The translations under genes were made by a program, and so were the position numbers. The notes under the pieces are model-generated. The model was not told the DNA's origin. It searched no databases and saw only the letters and a program-made list of their open reading frames with translations. This document shows positions 55,958 to 64,000 of a stretch of 64,000 nt of DNA, one piece after another. This stretch comes from a virus, in IMG/VR virus record IMGVR_UViG_3300036652_000269, positions 1-64,000 of that record, one strand, 5' to 3'. Numbering within the stretch: position 1 is the first letter of the stretch; each line of letters begins with the position of its first letter.

Positions 55958-57463
55958 CTAGGCCAGGATGCGGACCTTGCGACCGAAGGCCAGTTCCTTC
56001 AACGCTCCCGATGTTGCGTCCACCTGGTCGTCGTGCGCCCCGTTCGGGAACAATGCCGCTTCGTCCAGGAAGGCTCGGTTCCAGGTGGCTTTCTTGATGT
56101 AGCAGTTGCCTGCCTTGGCCATCGATGACAACGGCTGGGCACGCACCTTCTTGTCTCCGGTGGACCTGATCCCATCGAAGTTGAAGCCCACCAGGATGTT
56201 GCGCCGGTAGTGGCTGATGGCCATCACACCCGAGCTACCCGGTTCCTGTTCCATCCGGATCGGGATGTCGGGTCCGTCCATCATCGCGGTGTGCCGGATG
56301 ATGCGTTCGGCTTCGGCTGGACCTCGGCGGAATCGCACGATGTCTTCGATGTAAAGGTTGCCGTCCAGCAATCGGCACAGCGTCCCCACGGTCCAGTCGG
56401 GATCGTTCTTCTTGTCTTTCTTCTGCTCGGTTGCAGCCATGTCCCAGAACCGGACCAGCTTGCCACCCGCTGGCGTCATGTCCAACGCGGTGAACCAGTG
56501 CCGCTGGAAGTAGTCACCTTCCTCGGTGACATCCCAGTCGCCGTTCAGCAGTCGTTCCTGGTCCACCGGGTTCAGGTGTTCCAGCGCTTCCCGGTAGCTG
56601 GCCTGGTCCAGTGATGGATTGTCAGAAAGCAAAGAGGGGACGAAGATCGCTTTTTCGTTCCGGGTGCGTTCATCGATGAACCGGTTCCGCACCCATTCGT
56701 GCCCGATGCCACCGGGGTTGGTGGCCGAACGCATCCTGAGCGGCAGATCGAAGATTGTCATTCCATCAGGGGCGGGCGGGTACTGGCCCAGCACCTGCTG
56801 GTCGGGGTAGGGCTCTTTGCAGTATTGCTTGCCTTCGGCGGTGGTGTGCTTGTAATAGACCCCGGTCATCGATCGATACTGCCGAAGGTTGGTACGGCAG
56901 TTGAGGCAGTTGATCGCAGGCTTCCGCATCCGGCTGAACATGTAGGTGTACATGTCGGTATCGAACTGTGTCAGTTCGTCAAACCCGATGAACTGGAACT
57001 CCGCTGATTGGTAGCGGGTCTTGTCCCGGTTGTATTGCAGATAACCGAAGGTGATTCGAGCCCCCGACGGGAAGGTCCAGTACCGGCCCCCATCGTGCGA
57101 CTTCGCATCTGTGCTTTGGAGCCACTGTCTGGCCCGGTCCATGATGGCACCCGGCAGCGCAAGGTCGGACCAGGTACGGCGCAGCAACAGAGCCGAATAT
57201 CCCGGCACATCGACGTATTGCAACGCAGCCATCAACAGGGCGTCGCTCTTGCCCCCACCAGCCGCTCCACCGAAGCCGACTTCCTTGGTGGTCAACGACA
57301 GGAAGACCTGCTGCTTGGGGTGCGGGATGTGCGGGATGTACTTGGTCAACCGAGGGATGACAGCCCGCTGAATCTTGTGCCGCTGTTCCGGGGTCAGTTC
57401 GGCCAGCTTCTTGGCCAGCACTCGGGTTTCTAGTGCTGTGCGTTCGGTCAGGGTCAGGGACAT
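55958..57463 (-). CDS. terL: terminase large subunit
   Basis: GGAAGGGKS; FIGFDELTQF; SATNPGG; RFWDMAAT; HDDQVDA. Confidence 0.95.
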   Translation of the reverse strand: MSLTLTERTALETRVLAKKLAELTPEQRHKIQRAVIPRLTKYIPHIPHPKQQVFLSLTTKEVGFGGAAGGGKSDALLMAALQYVDVPGYSALLLRRTWSDLALPGAIMDRARQWLQSTDAKSHDGGRYWTFPSGARITFGYLQYNRDKTRYQSAEFQFIGFDELTQFDTDMYTYMFSRMRKPAINCLNCRTNLRQYRSMTGVYYKHTTAEGKQYCKEPYPDQQVLGQYPPAPDGMTIFDLPLRMRSATNPGGIGHEWVRNRFIDERTRNEKAIFVPSLLSDNPSLDQASYREALEHLNPVDQERLLNGDWDVTEEGDYFQRHWFTALDMTPAGGKLVRFWDMAATEQKKDKKNDPDWTVGTLCRLLDGNLYIEDIVRFRRGPAEAERIIRHTAMMDGPDIPIRMEQEPGSSGVMAISHYRRNILVGFNFDGIRSTGDKKVRAQPLSSMAKAGNCYIKKATWNRAFLDEAALFPNGAHDDQVDATSGALKELAFGRKVRILA

Positions 57464-57572
57464 GGGTCGTAGTCGTCTTTCTAGTTGACAGTCTGGTTCC
57501 CAACCTCAGCGGCCGGTACTGGGACTGCCTAGCGTATTCATCACGTGTACTGCTGGTCATGCGTGGTGCGGG

Positions 57573-57947
57573 CTAGATGTGCACGTAAAACCGACCGTTC
57601 AGTGCGGTGTGCTCGCTTTGCTTCTGCAAGCTGGACAACCGTTCCGTCTGGTGGCCGTACGGGTCACGCTTGGTCGGGTCGGTGGACACATAGACCACGT
57701 TGATGCACTCGGGCCCATGCACCGCCGTGACCAAACCGAAGTGTTCGACCCCGGTTTCGTCTGTCACCTTGACAACCGTGCCCACCACCAACTGCTCGCG
57801 GTAGGTGCCGGTGTCGATCGACTTCCGGTTTTCGTGGTCCCATCGCGTCACCGGGACCTGTTCCATGTCAGACAGCATCTTGTTCACCTCCTTCCGTACG
57901 CGGTGTGCGTCCATGCAGTATGTCATCGATCCGGCGCTGGTTGTCAT
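57573..57947 (-). CDS. hypothetical protein
   Basis: 124 aa ORF; start uncertain. Confidence 0.6.
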   Translation of the reverse strand: MTTSAGSMTYCMDAHRVRKEVNKMLSDMEQVPVTRWDHENRKSIDTGTYREQLVVGTVVKVTDETGVEHFGLVTAVHGPECINVVYVSTDPTKRDPYGHQTERLSSLQKQSEHTALNGRFYVHI

Positions 57948-58200
57948 AGAAGCGCTGCGACATAGCTGGTAGCCGTACTCCGGCGTGGTAGGCGATGGTG
58001 GCGTTCCCGATGGCGTCCAACAGCCCGAACAGGATGTCGTCTGTCATGTGCACATACAGATCGATGGTGTCATACCCGGTGGCCGGGTAACGCTGGTGCA
58101 GGTCAGTGCGCCACTCGTCAGTGATGACCAGCCGGGGTCGGGGTTTGTTTTGCGCCGTGTGCTTGCCGCACCGACACCCTCGCTGGCAGATCGTACCCAT
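57868..58200 (-). CDS. hypothetical protein (CQRGCRCGKH N-terminus)
   Basis: 110 aa ORF. Confidence 0.5.
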   Translation of the reverse strand: MGTICQRGCRCGKHTAQNKPRPRLVITDEWRTDLHQRYPATGYDTIDLYVHMTDDILFGLLDAIGNATIAYHAGVRLPAMSQRFYDNQRRIDDILHGRTPRTEGGEQDAV

Positions 58201-58202
58201 GG

Positions 58203-58394
58203 CTAACTGTCTAGCAGATACAGGTAGTCCAGTTGGTCATTCAGCGCCATCAGGTCGGGATGGGCCAGGATGTTGTGTTCCAGCACGTGGGCCCGTGCAT
58301 GGTCATATCGGGTCTTGTTCACATCCCCGTTCGCGTCTACCCACGCCTTGCAGTCCCGGCAGTAGAACGCTCGAACGTGCATCCGGTCCGTCAT
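58203..58394 (-). CDS. small C2H2-like Zn protein (CRDC...H...H)
   Basis: Start re-assigned to 58394. Confidence 0.55.
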   Translation of the reverse strand: MTDRMHVRAFYCRDCKAWVDANGDVNKTRYDHARAHVLEHNILAHPDLMALNDQLDYLYLLDS

Positions 58395-58396
58395 GA

Positions 58397-58561
58397 TTAC
58401 CGGTTCTTTGGTTTGGTGGGGTGGCCCAGCTTCCGGCAGCTGCACAGGATCGGCTGGTTGTCGGGGGTGAATGCGTTTCGCAGTGCCCCGTTGCACTTGG
58501 CGTGGTCGTTGGCGAAGCAGTGCGTACACATCGGGATCACACAGTCGGGGGTCGTCGTCAT
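58397..58561 (-). CDS. small Cys/His-rich protein (CTHC..H..C...CSC...H)
   Basis: AAAGG RBS. Confidence 0.55.
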   Translation of the reverse strand: MTTTPDCVIPMCTHCFANDHAKCNGALRNAFTPDNQPILCSCRKLGHPTKPKNR

Positions 58562-58695
58562 GGTCGGCTGCCTTTTGGTTCGGTTGCTCTGTACCTGTTG
58601 TACGGATGCCGGTGACAGCCGGGCTGCGGAATCCAGTGTTAGGTCGCAGGCCAGTCCGGACAACCACAACCCGGCTGTCACTCTGAAAGGCTAGC

Positions 58696-59826
58696 CTATG
58701 GGATGACGGACCCGTCGGTGTCCAGCGTGTTGCCGGTCCAGGTCGTCACGAATGGCGAACCGATGTGAGTCTTGATGCCGTACCGGTAGTCGGTGCCGAA
58801 CCGGTTGTTGGTAAACGTCAACGGTCCCGCCTTGTGGGTGGCCGGGATGCCCGAGTTGTTCGCATTGATCGAGTAGTTGCCGCCGTCGCACAGGTTGCCG
58901 GTGAAGGTCAGTTGGGCCAGGTCACCTTGCAGTGCGCCGATCTGAAGACACGAGTTCATCGGGTCGCCTGCGGTGAACGGTATCAGCGTGTTGTGCACGA
59001 AGGTTTCGTCCCCACCCGATGTCTGCAAGGTGTCATCATGCGAGGTGGACGACCGCTGCAAGCCGTGGATGTAGCTGTCCTGCACCACGTTGAACGGGTT
59101 CGCCCCGCCACCACCCCAGGCGTCGATACCGTCCTGGCCACCGGACAGGTCAGCCCGAATGACAGTGGCGTCGTGGATCGTCATGGCCGCGGTCTGACTG
59201 GGTGTCACGATGACAGTCACATCGCTGATCGTGGTGTGCCCGGTGGCCTGGTGCAGATCGATACCGCCGAGTGCATCGCCACCTGTCACCTTGACGTTTT
59301 CGATGATGACGTTGGCCGATGTCACCTTGATAAAGCCGGTGACGTTCAGGTTACGGATGACCTGGCCATCGGTGGTCGAAGTGATGGACCCAGAAGCGGT
59401 GAGGGTGCCGTGCGCCCCGGTGTTGGTGGCGTCGGGCCAGCCGCAGGCAGATGGTGTCTTCAGACAGTGAGTGGCCGAAACAGCACTGCTCGATGGGGTC
59501 GGGCTGACCGTCACGTTACTGGGGCTGGGACTGGCCGGTGGGCTGCTCACAACGGGGGTGCTGCTGCTGGGTGCCGGGTTGGCGCTGCTGCTGACCGGGA
59601 CCGGTGGGCTGCTGCTGGGGGCTGCACTGCTGGGCGGCGGGCTGCTGGGCAGCGATGAAGGGCTCGACTGGGACGATGCGGTCGGCGTGGTCTTGGCCAG
59701 TGTCAGTGTCATGCTGACAACCGCTAGCAAAGCGGCCAGTGCAGCGATGACCTCGGCACGGTGGGCGGTGAACCAGGCGATCCAGGTTTGCCCGGTGGGC
59801 GGTGGGGCAGCGGACGGCGTAGACAC
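58696..59826 (-). CDS. membrane-anchored right-handed beta-helix (pectate-lyase-like fold) protein
   Basis: TM segment, S/P linker, CGWPDATNTG, VQDSYIH, HDDTLQ, FTNNRFG. Confidence 0.75.
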   Translation of the reverse strand: MSTPSAAPPPTGQTWIAWFTAHRAEVIAALAALLAVVSMTLTLAKTTPTASSQSSPSSLPSSPPPSSAAPSSSPPVPVSSSANPAPSSSTPVVSSPPASPSPSNVTVSPTPSSSAVSATHCLKTPSACGWPDATNTGAHGTLTASGSITSTTDGQVIRNLNVTGFIKVTSANVIIENVKVTGGDALGGIDLHQATGHTTISDVTVIVTPSQTAAMTIHDATVIRADLSGGQDGIDAWGGGGANPFNVVQDSYIHGLQRSSTSHDDTLQTSGGDETFVHNTLIPFTAGDPMNSCLQIGALQGDLAQLTFTGNLCDGGNYSINANNSGIPATHKAGPLTFTNNRFGTDYRYGIKTHIGSPFVTTWTGNTLDTDGSVIP

Positions 59827-59926
59827 GATGGTGTCCTTTCGTGGAGAGAAGGGAACACCATCGTGTCATGCGCCAAGGTCAACCAGCCGGTCTTTTGCCC
59901 CACCATCGGGGCGGCGTCACTCTGCG

Positions 59927-60010
59927 TTATAGCCAGTTCTGGTGCACTGCCACTATCAGTTCGACAATGAAGATGGCAGCCAACAGCACGTCGGTCAACG
60001 TGATCCGCAC
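59927..60010 (-). CDS. 27-aa membrane peptide (MRITLTDVLLAAIFIVELIVAVHQNWL)
   Basis: Translated by hand; GGAGG RBS. Confidence 0.5.
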   Translation of the reverse strand: MRITLTDVLLAAIFIVELIVAVHQNWL

Positions 60011-60067
60011 CAAGTACCTCCCTAGTCAGGGACGGGCACCGGGGACGATACCCACGAATCGCCGGGG

Positions 60068-60304
60068 TTATACCCGCACCAGTGATGGCCTGGTTCGCGG
60101 GGTCATGTCGTTCGATAACTCGGTGTTGTGGAACACCTGTCGTTCCTGGATGGCATGTCGTTCACACATCAGGTGGCCGGGGCACCATGCCAGGCAGGCG
60201 ATGCACCAGACCCGGTATCGGGCGAGTTCGTCACAGTGCCGGGTGTCGCAGACTTCCCGACCTGGGCTGGTCACTTCCCGATCACTTCCCCGCACGACGA
60301 ACAC
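60068..60304 (-). CDS. small Cys-rich protein; frame and boundaries uncertain
   Basis: Cys-rich ORF filling a gap. Confidence 0.3.
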   Translation of the reverse strand: MFVVRGSDREVTSPGREVCDTRHCDELARYRVWCIACLAWCPGHLMCERHAIQERQVFHNTELSNDMTPRTRPSLVRV

Positions 60305-60597
60305 TGAGCCAACGAATCACTGCCTTGCACACTGTGCCATTGTCCGATGTGCTGACCATGACCCCCGCAGCCAATCACGTTCAGCGCTGCTCTGATGTGT
60401 TCCAGCTGTTCAGCCAACTGGTCGATGGCTGGTTGGTTGCTGGCCCGGCGCAAGGCTTCGGTCGTGCAGCAGGCTTCATCGACGGGTTGATAACTCGACA
60501 AGTACCGCAGGGTTTCGGTTTCGAAGTTCCGCAAGGCACGGCGAAGCACCTTCCGACTGGTGGCCGGAAAGGTCAGTGCTGTCTCTTCGTCGGACAT
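60271..60597 (-). CDS. hypothetical protein with a C-terminal Zn ribbon
   Basis: GAAAGG RBS; C..H.H...CSSCG. Confidence 0.6.
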   Translation of the reverse strand: MSDEETALTFPATSRKVLRRALRNFETETLRYLSSYQPVDEACCTTEALRRASNQPAIDQLAEQLEHIRAALNVIGCGGHGQHIGQWHSVQGSDSLAQCSSCGEVIGK

Positions 60598-60752
60598 GGA
60601 TGGTGGCCTTTCGTCAGGTCGGTCGGCAGGTCGGTCGGTGGGTCAGTCGTCATCGGGGCTGTGGTCCACGCAGATGGCCGAACGAATCCCCCGGCCCGCT
60701 GCATACCCAATCGACGCAGCGAGCACTGCTACGGCCAGTACAGCTAGTTTCA

Positions 60753-61004
60753 CTAGCGGTCCTTGCGTTTGATCCGGACGAACCTGGTGTTGTCCGGTGA
60801 CAACTCGTACAGCTGCCAGAACTGGCCGGTGTGTCGTTCCTGCCTGATCTTGTCCAGGTCATCGGGTTCGATGTCCACCGCTGTCGGGTTGATAGTCGTA
60901 GTGATCGTCTTATCTCCGTGACGAACATCGACGTACAGCCAGTCGTTGGCGAACTGGTGCAGCACGACCTGCTTGCCCTTGTGCACACCATTACGCAGCT
61001 TCAC
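60753..61004 (-). CDS. hypothetical protein
   Basis: GTGA coupling with the upstream gene. Confidence 0.6.
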   Translation of the reverse strand: MKLRNGVHKGKQVVLHQFANDWLYVDVRHGDKTITTTINPTAVDIEPDDLDKIRQERHTGQFWQLYELSPDNTRFVRIKRKDR

Positions 61005-61270
61005 GACGGGTCACCACTGAGTTCTTCGTCGTAGATGCGCTGGCAGTCCGGGCAAACCGGATACTTCTTCGGGTCGCGAAACGGTACCCACTTCTTCCCG
61101 CACAGAGCTTCACACGGGGTGCCGAAGACAGCCGCGTTCATGATGGCTTCCTTGTTCGCGTAGTGCGCGAACCGTTCGTGGTTGCCGTCGTCGTTACTCA
61201 ACCTGGGCACCACAACCGTGTCGGTGTCGGTGTCCGGCGAAGACAGCGCGGGCAGGGTTTCGGTGTCCAT
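61001..61270 (-). CDS. DUF3039-family protein (actinobacterial)
   Basis: HERFAHY..K..I..AAV.GTP..ALCGKKWVP.RDPKKYPVCPDCQ.IY. Confidence 0.85.
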   Translation of the reverse strand: MDTETLPALSSPDTDTDTVVVPRLSNDDGNHERFAHYANKEAIMNAAVFGTPCEALCGKKWVPFRDPKKYPVCPDCQRIYDEELSGDPS

Positions 61271-61773
61271 CAGGACGTAGCTCCTTTGTTACGGGCCTGC
61301 TTCGTTCGCCGTTCGATTTCGTCGTTGATGTACCAGACCGCTTTCTTCAGGTCTTCGATCGAGTCGTTCTTCAGGTCCGCCCGCCAGATGTACTTGACGG
61401 CGTTACCCAGGTTGAACCCCATGTGCCGGGTGACTTCGATGCACTCGATACCGCTGGGGTGGCTGGTGTAGTGCGGTGGGTGGTTCACCATGTCTGCGGT
61501 AGGTGCTGCGGGAAGACCGGGACACCAGCACTGGTCACCCCACAACCACGTATGTGCAGGGTGTGAGTCGAGCCGTTCACACCGGGCGGTCGGTAACGAT
61601 TGCGGTGGCACGTCGGGTGCCCAGACGGAACTCGTCATTGGCAGGTTGACACCCGGGCACCACTTGGGACCGCTGAAGTTGGTCCAGCTGTGCGGCTTGT
61701 GCTCGATGAGTGCGTCATCACACAACTGCCGGGGTACCCGGTCGGCACTGCCGATGGGCGGCATGGCGATCAC
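61270..61773 (-). CDS. DUF3310 (T7 gp1.7/SaV-like) domain protein with two N-terminal C..H..H.W..WCPG repeats
   Basis: DMVNHPPHY...IECIE...GNAVKYIWRA..K...EDLKKAVWYI. Confidence 0.85.
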   Translation of the reverse strand: MIAMPPIGSADRVPRQLCDDALIEHKPHSWTNFSGPKWCPGVNLPMTSSVWAPDVPPQSLPTARCERLDSHPAHTWLWGDQCWCPGLPAAPTADMVNHPPHYTSHPSGIECIEVTRHMGFNLGNAVKYIWRADLKNDSIEDLKKAVWYINDEIERRTKQARNKGATS

Positions 61774-62126
61774 TTCCCTTCGACCTTGTGCCAGGCCGGG
61801 TGGGTGAACTCGCGTAGTTCATAGCGTTCATGCGGGTTCGGGTTCGCGGCCAGCATCACCGCAATGTGGTCGGGGCAGCACATGGACCGCTTCGGTGGGT
61901 CGATGCCGGAGTCAAAACGAGTGACCAACAGCCAGGTCGGTTCGTTGGGGCAGTCGGGCTGTACGCATCTGACGTGACTATCCGACCGACAGACGACCCC
62001 ACAGTGGGGGCAGGTCCCGCTGCACTGGTCGAACTTCTGGTGGACGCACTCGTTGGATATGTAGTACGGGTGTGCTTTCTGATCCGAATCCAGCGGCACG
62101 TTGCCGGTGAACGATGTGTACGACAT
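61770..62126 (-). CDS. Cys/His-rich hypothetical protein
   Basis: AAGGAG RBS; HPYYISNECVH...C..TCPHC...C.C. Confidence 0.6.
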   Translation of the reverse strand: MSYTSFTGNVPLDSDQKAHPYYISNECVHQKFDQCSGTCPHCGVVCRSDSHVRCVQPDCPNEPTWLLVTRFDSGIDPPKRSMCCPDHIAVMLAANPNPHERYELREFTHPAWHKVEGK

Positions 62127-62171
62127 GGCAGATTGTCTCCTTGACACATGATGGATGGATGGGATGGGTGT

Positions 62172-62351
62172 TCAGGTGTTCAGGTGCGGGAATGTCAGGA
62201 TGACACCGATGATGACCAGGATCGCCGCGACGACCAGCCACACCGTGTGGTGTGCCACCCGCCAACGGGGTACGTCCTTCTCTTTGTAGAAGAACACCAG
62301 GGCGACCAGGAACACCATCCACCCGATGTTGTAGAACAGGTGACCTATCAT
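62172..62351 (-). CDS. 59-aa 2-TM membrane protein
   Basis: Translated by hand; GGAGG RBS; ATGA overlap. Confidence 0.6.
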   Translation of the reverse strand: MIGHLFYNIGWMVFLVALVFFYKEKDVPRWRVAHHTVWLVVAAILVIIGVILTFPHLNT

Positions 62352-62668
62352 CCCGACCTCCGCTTGGTGGGTGTGGCTGTGTGGCTGGCTGCTACCAACC
62401 TAGATGCCCAGGTCTTGCCGATGCGGTCCAGCGACGACCGCAGCCGTCGGTTGTCCCGGCGCAGGGTGTCATTCTCTTCTTGCAAGATACGTAGTTCTTC
62501 GTTGACCGGCAGCGGGTCCAGCCGCAGGTCCAGTTCCTTGATGCTGGGACCGAACAGGGTGGGTGTCGTGGTGCCCACCATTTTGACCACGGCTTCCTGA
62601 GCAGCTTCCTTGGTGGTGTGCACCGACGAAGGTGTCCCGATCACCAGGCTGACGACATACACTTTCAT
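62348..62668 (-). CDS. hypothetical protein with coiled-coil
   Basis: 106 aa ORF. Confidence 0.6.
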   Translation of the reverse strand: MKVYVVSLVIGTPSSVHTTKEAAQEAVVKMVGTTTPTLFGPSIKELDLRLDPLPVNEELRILQEENDTLRRDNRRLRSSLDRIGKTWASRLVAASHTATPTKRRSG

Positions 62669-62696
62669 CTGGACAGTCTTTCTACTGGATGTGGTT

Positions 62697-62933
62697 CTAG
62701 CCGTGACGGAGCTTTATCGTGGCATCGAACAAACCGGGGCTGATGTCTTCCAGCGCATCGATCAGGTCAAGGTACTTGTCCATGCCGATTGTCGGATAGC
62801 TACACGCTTCCCCCTTTGCGCGGGCTCTCTTGCAGCGTTGGTACACAGATGGGCTTGGGAAGGTGGCGACTTCTAACGCCGCAAACACCAGTCGGTACCC
62901 TTCGGCGGGTGTCAGGGTGAACTGTTTGCTCAT
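62697..62933 (-). CDS. hypothetical protein
   Basis: AGGAG RBS. Confidence 0.6.
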   Translation of the reverse strand: MSKQFTLTPAEGYRLVFAALEVATFPSPSVYQRCKRARAKGEACSYPTIGMDKYLDLIDALEDISPGLFDATIKLRHG

Positions 62934-63088
62934 TTTGGTTGTCTCCTAGATATCTGCCGTGTACAGCGACCTGATGGTGTGTGCGCCCGCTTCGTTCGGG
63001 TCCATCGGCAGGTCTAGCACTTCGCGGTTCGACAGTCCGTGTTGTTCTGGCTGTTCTGGTTGCTGGGGTTTGGCCGGTGTCGTCATGG

Positions 63089-63925
63089 TCAGTTGTCTTT
63101 CTGCGAGTTGGGAGCGTCGTCGTCTTCGTCATCCAGATCGTCGGGGCTGGCCATCCCCGGTGGCAGGGCCAGTTGGCGCTTCACTTCTTCCGGAGCATCT
63201 TCGGCTTCGTCCACCAGTTCGGCATCTTCTATGTCGTCCATGCCCAGTAGCCGGGGGTCGATCAGGTTGGCAGCTTGCAGGGCCTTCACCACCGCTGCCG
63301 TTCGAGCACTGTCGTCCCGCAACAGTTCGTCCTTGATGTTGACTGTCACATCGAAATCCCCGGTGATGCCGATGGGACCACCATCCGCCCCGGTTATCTC
63401 ATGCTTCTGCACGTCGGTGCCCAAGGCCCGCTGGCCCACCTGCTGGAACATCGCCAACGACTTGGACAGGCCATCTAGCTCGCGGTAGTTGACGGTCGGG
63501 TACAGTTCCCACTTTTCCACCGGCAGCCCCGCGTTCAGTCGGGCCACCGCTTCGTTCCGGCGGTCGGTGGCACCGGGTAGCTCTTTGACAATCTCACTGA
63601 GGCGTTGGGCGATCAGGCCCTGGCCCAGCTTAGCCGCGTTCAGTGATGTCTCATCGAACCTCAGAGCTTCGTCACTTAGCTTTTTGATACGTGCCTTCTG
63701 CCGGTCGATGGCCAACCGAGCCTGGAAGTCAGAACGCTTTTCGGACCATCGTTCGGCAGCACTGTGGGCCCGCACTGTTTCGTACGGTGCCCCGTAGTGT
63801 TCGGCTATCTCTTTGAGATTCATCATCTTGCGTTCGTCGGTGTTGCTGCCCAGCGTCAACCCTTCGATGAATGTCTGACTGATAGTCTCCCAGTCATACT
63901 TCGTGGCATGTTTCCGGGTTGTCAC
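63089..63925 (-). CDS. terS: probable terminase small subunit
   Basis: N-terminal YDWE.I...F.EG...LKEIAEHYG HTH; KHEITGADGGPI motif. Confidence 0.7.
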   Translation of the reverse strand: MTTRKHATKYDWETISQTFIEGLTLGSNTDERKMMNLKEIAEHYGAPYETVRAHSAAERWSEKRSDFQARLAIDRQKARIKKLSDEALRFDETSLNAAKLGQGLIAQRLSEIVKELPGATDRRNEAVARLNAGLPVEKWELYPTVNYRELDGLSKSLAMFQQVGQRALGTDVQKHEITGADGGPIGITGDFDVTVNIKDELLRDDSARTAAVVKALQAANLIDPRLLGMDDIEDAELVDEAEDAPEEVKRQLALPPGMASPDDLDDEDDDAPNSQKDN

Positions 63926-64000
63926 TGTGATAGTGCCGGTACCGGGCTTCTTCCGTGGTCGTCTAGCTGGCTGTCTAGCTGACTGACTAGGTGCCTGACT

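Noticed and set aside
56770-56920. Intein in terminase
   Set aside because: Too short and lacks the N-terminal C/S and C-terminal HN splice motifs
60614-60650. GGTC/GTCG tetranucleotide run (also CTAGCTG repeats at 63962-63990)
   Set aside because: Short low-complexity intergenic sequence with no supportable function; the second is cut by the window edge

Overview
This window is part of a GC-rich tailed phage genome, most likely infecting an actinobacterium without mycolic acids: it has an Rpf domain, DUF3039 and an actinophage-type holin, and no lysin B. It has a contractile (myovirus-type) tail. Left arm (1-8.9 kb, minus strand): small early/accessory genes plus a MoxR/CobS-like AAA+ ATPase and a VWA/metallopeptidase partner. 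At 8.9-10.1 kb: a non-coding control region with divergent SigA-like promoters, phased GGACAT repeats and a ~0.93 kb hairpin-rich leader that may be a large ncRNA. A short plus-strand replication block (10.1-13.4 kb) encodes a histone-H1-like protein, DnaB helicase and DnaG primase. The rest (13.5-64 kb, minus strand) is the virion/lysis operon in transcription order: TerS, accessory genes, TerL, Rpf and amidase genes, portal-MuF fusion, an 11 kb expanded head region, HK97 protease/scaffold, major capsid, neck, sheath, tube, chaperone with a -1 frameshift, tape measure, baseplate, fibers, GH25 endolysin and holin. The most striking feature is a set of head-module proteins carrying ART-like, HNH, 2H-phosphoesterase, Zn-finger and PG-binding domains. 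These are punctuated by a recurring E-x-K / x-F-[DN]-P-x-E-x-R-x-x-x-G-R-W motif, suggesting capsid-loaded, protease-processed effector polyproteins. No integrase, DNA polymerase, tRNA or CRISPR array was seen. All family assignments come from motif recognition by eye; no database searches were run.
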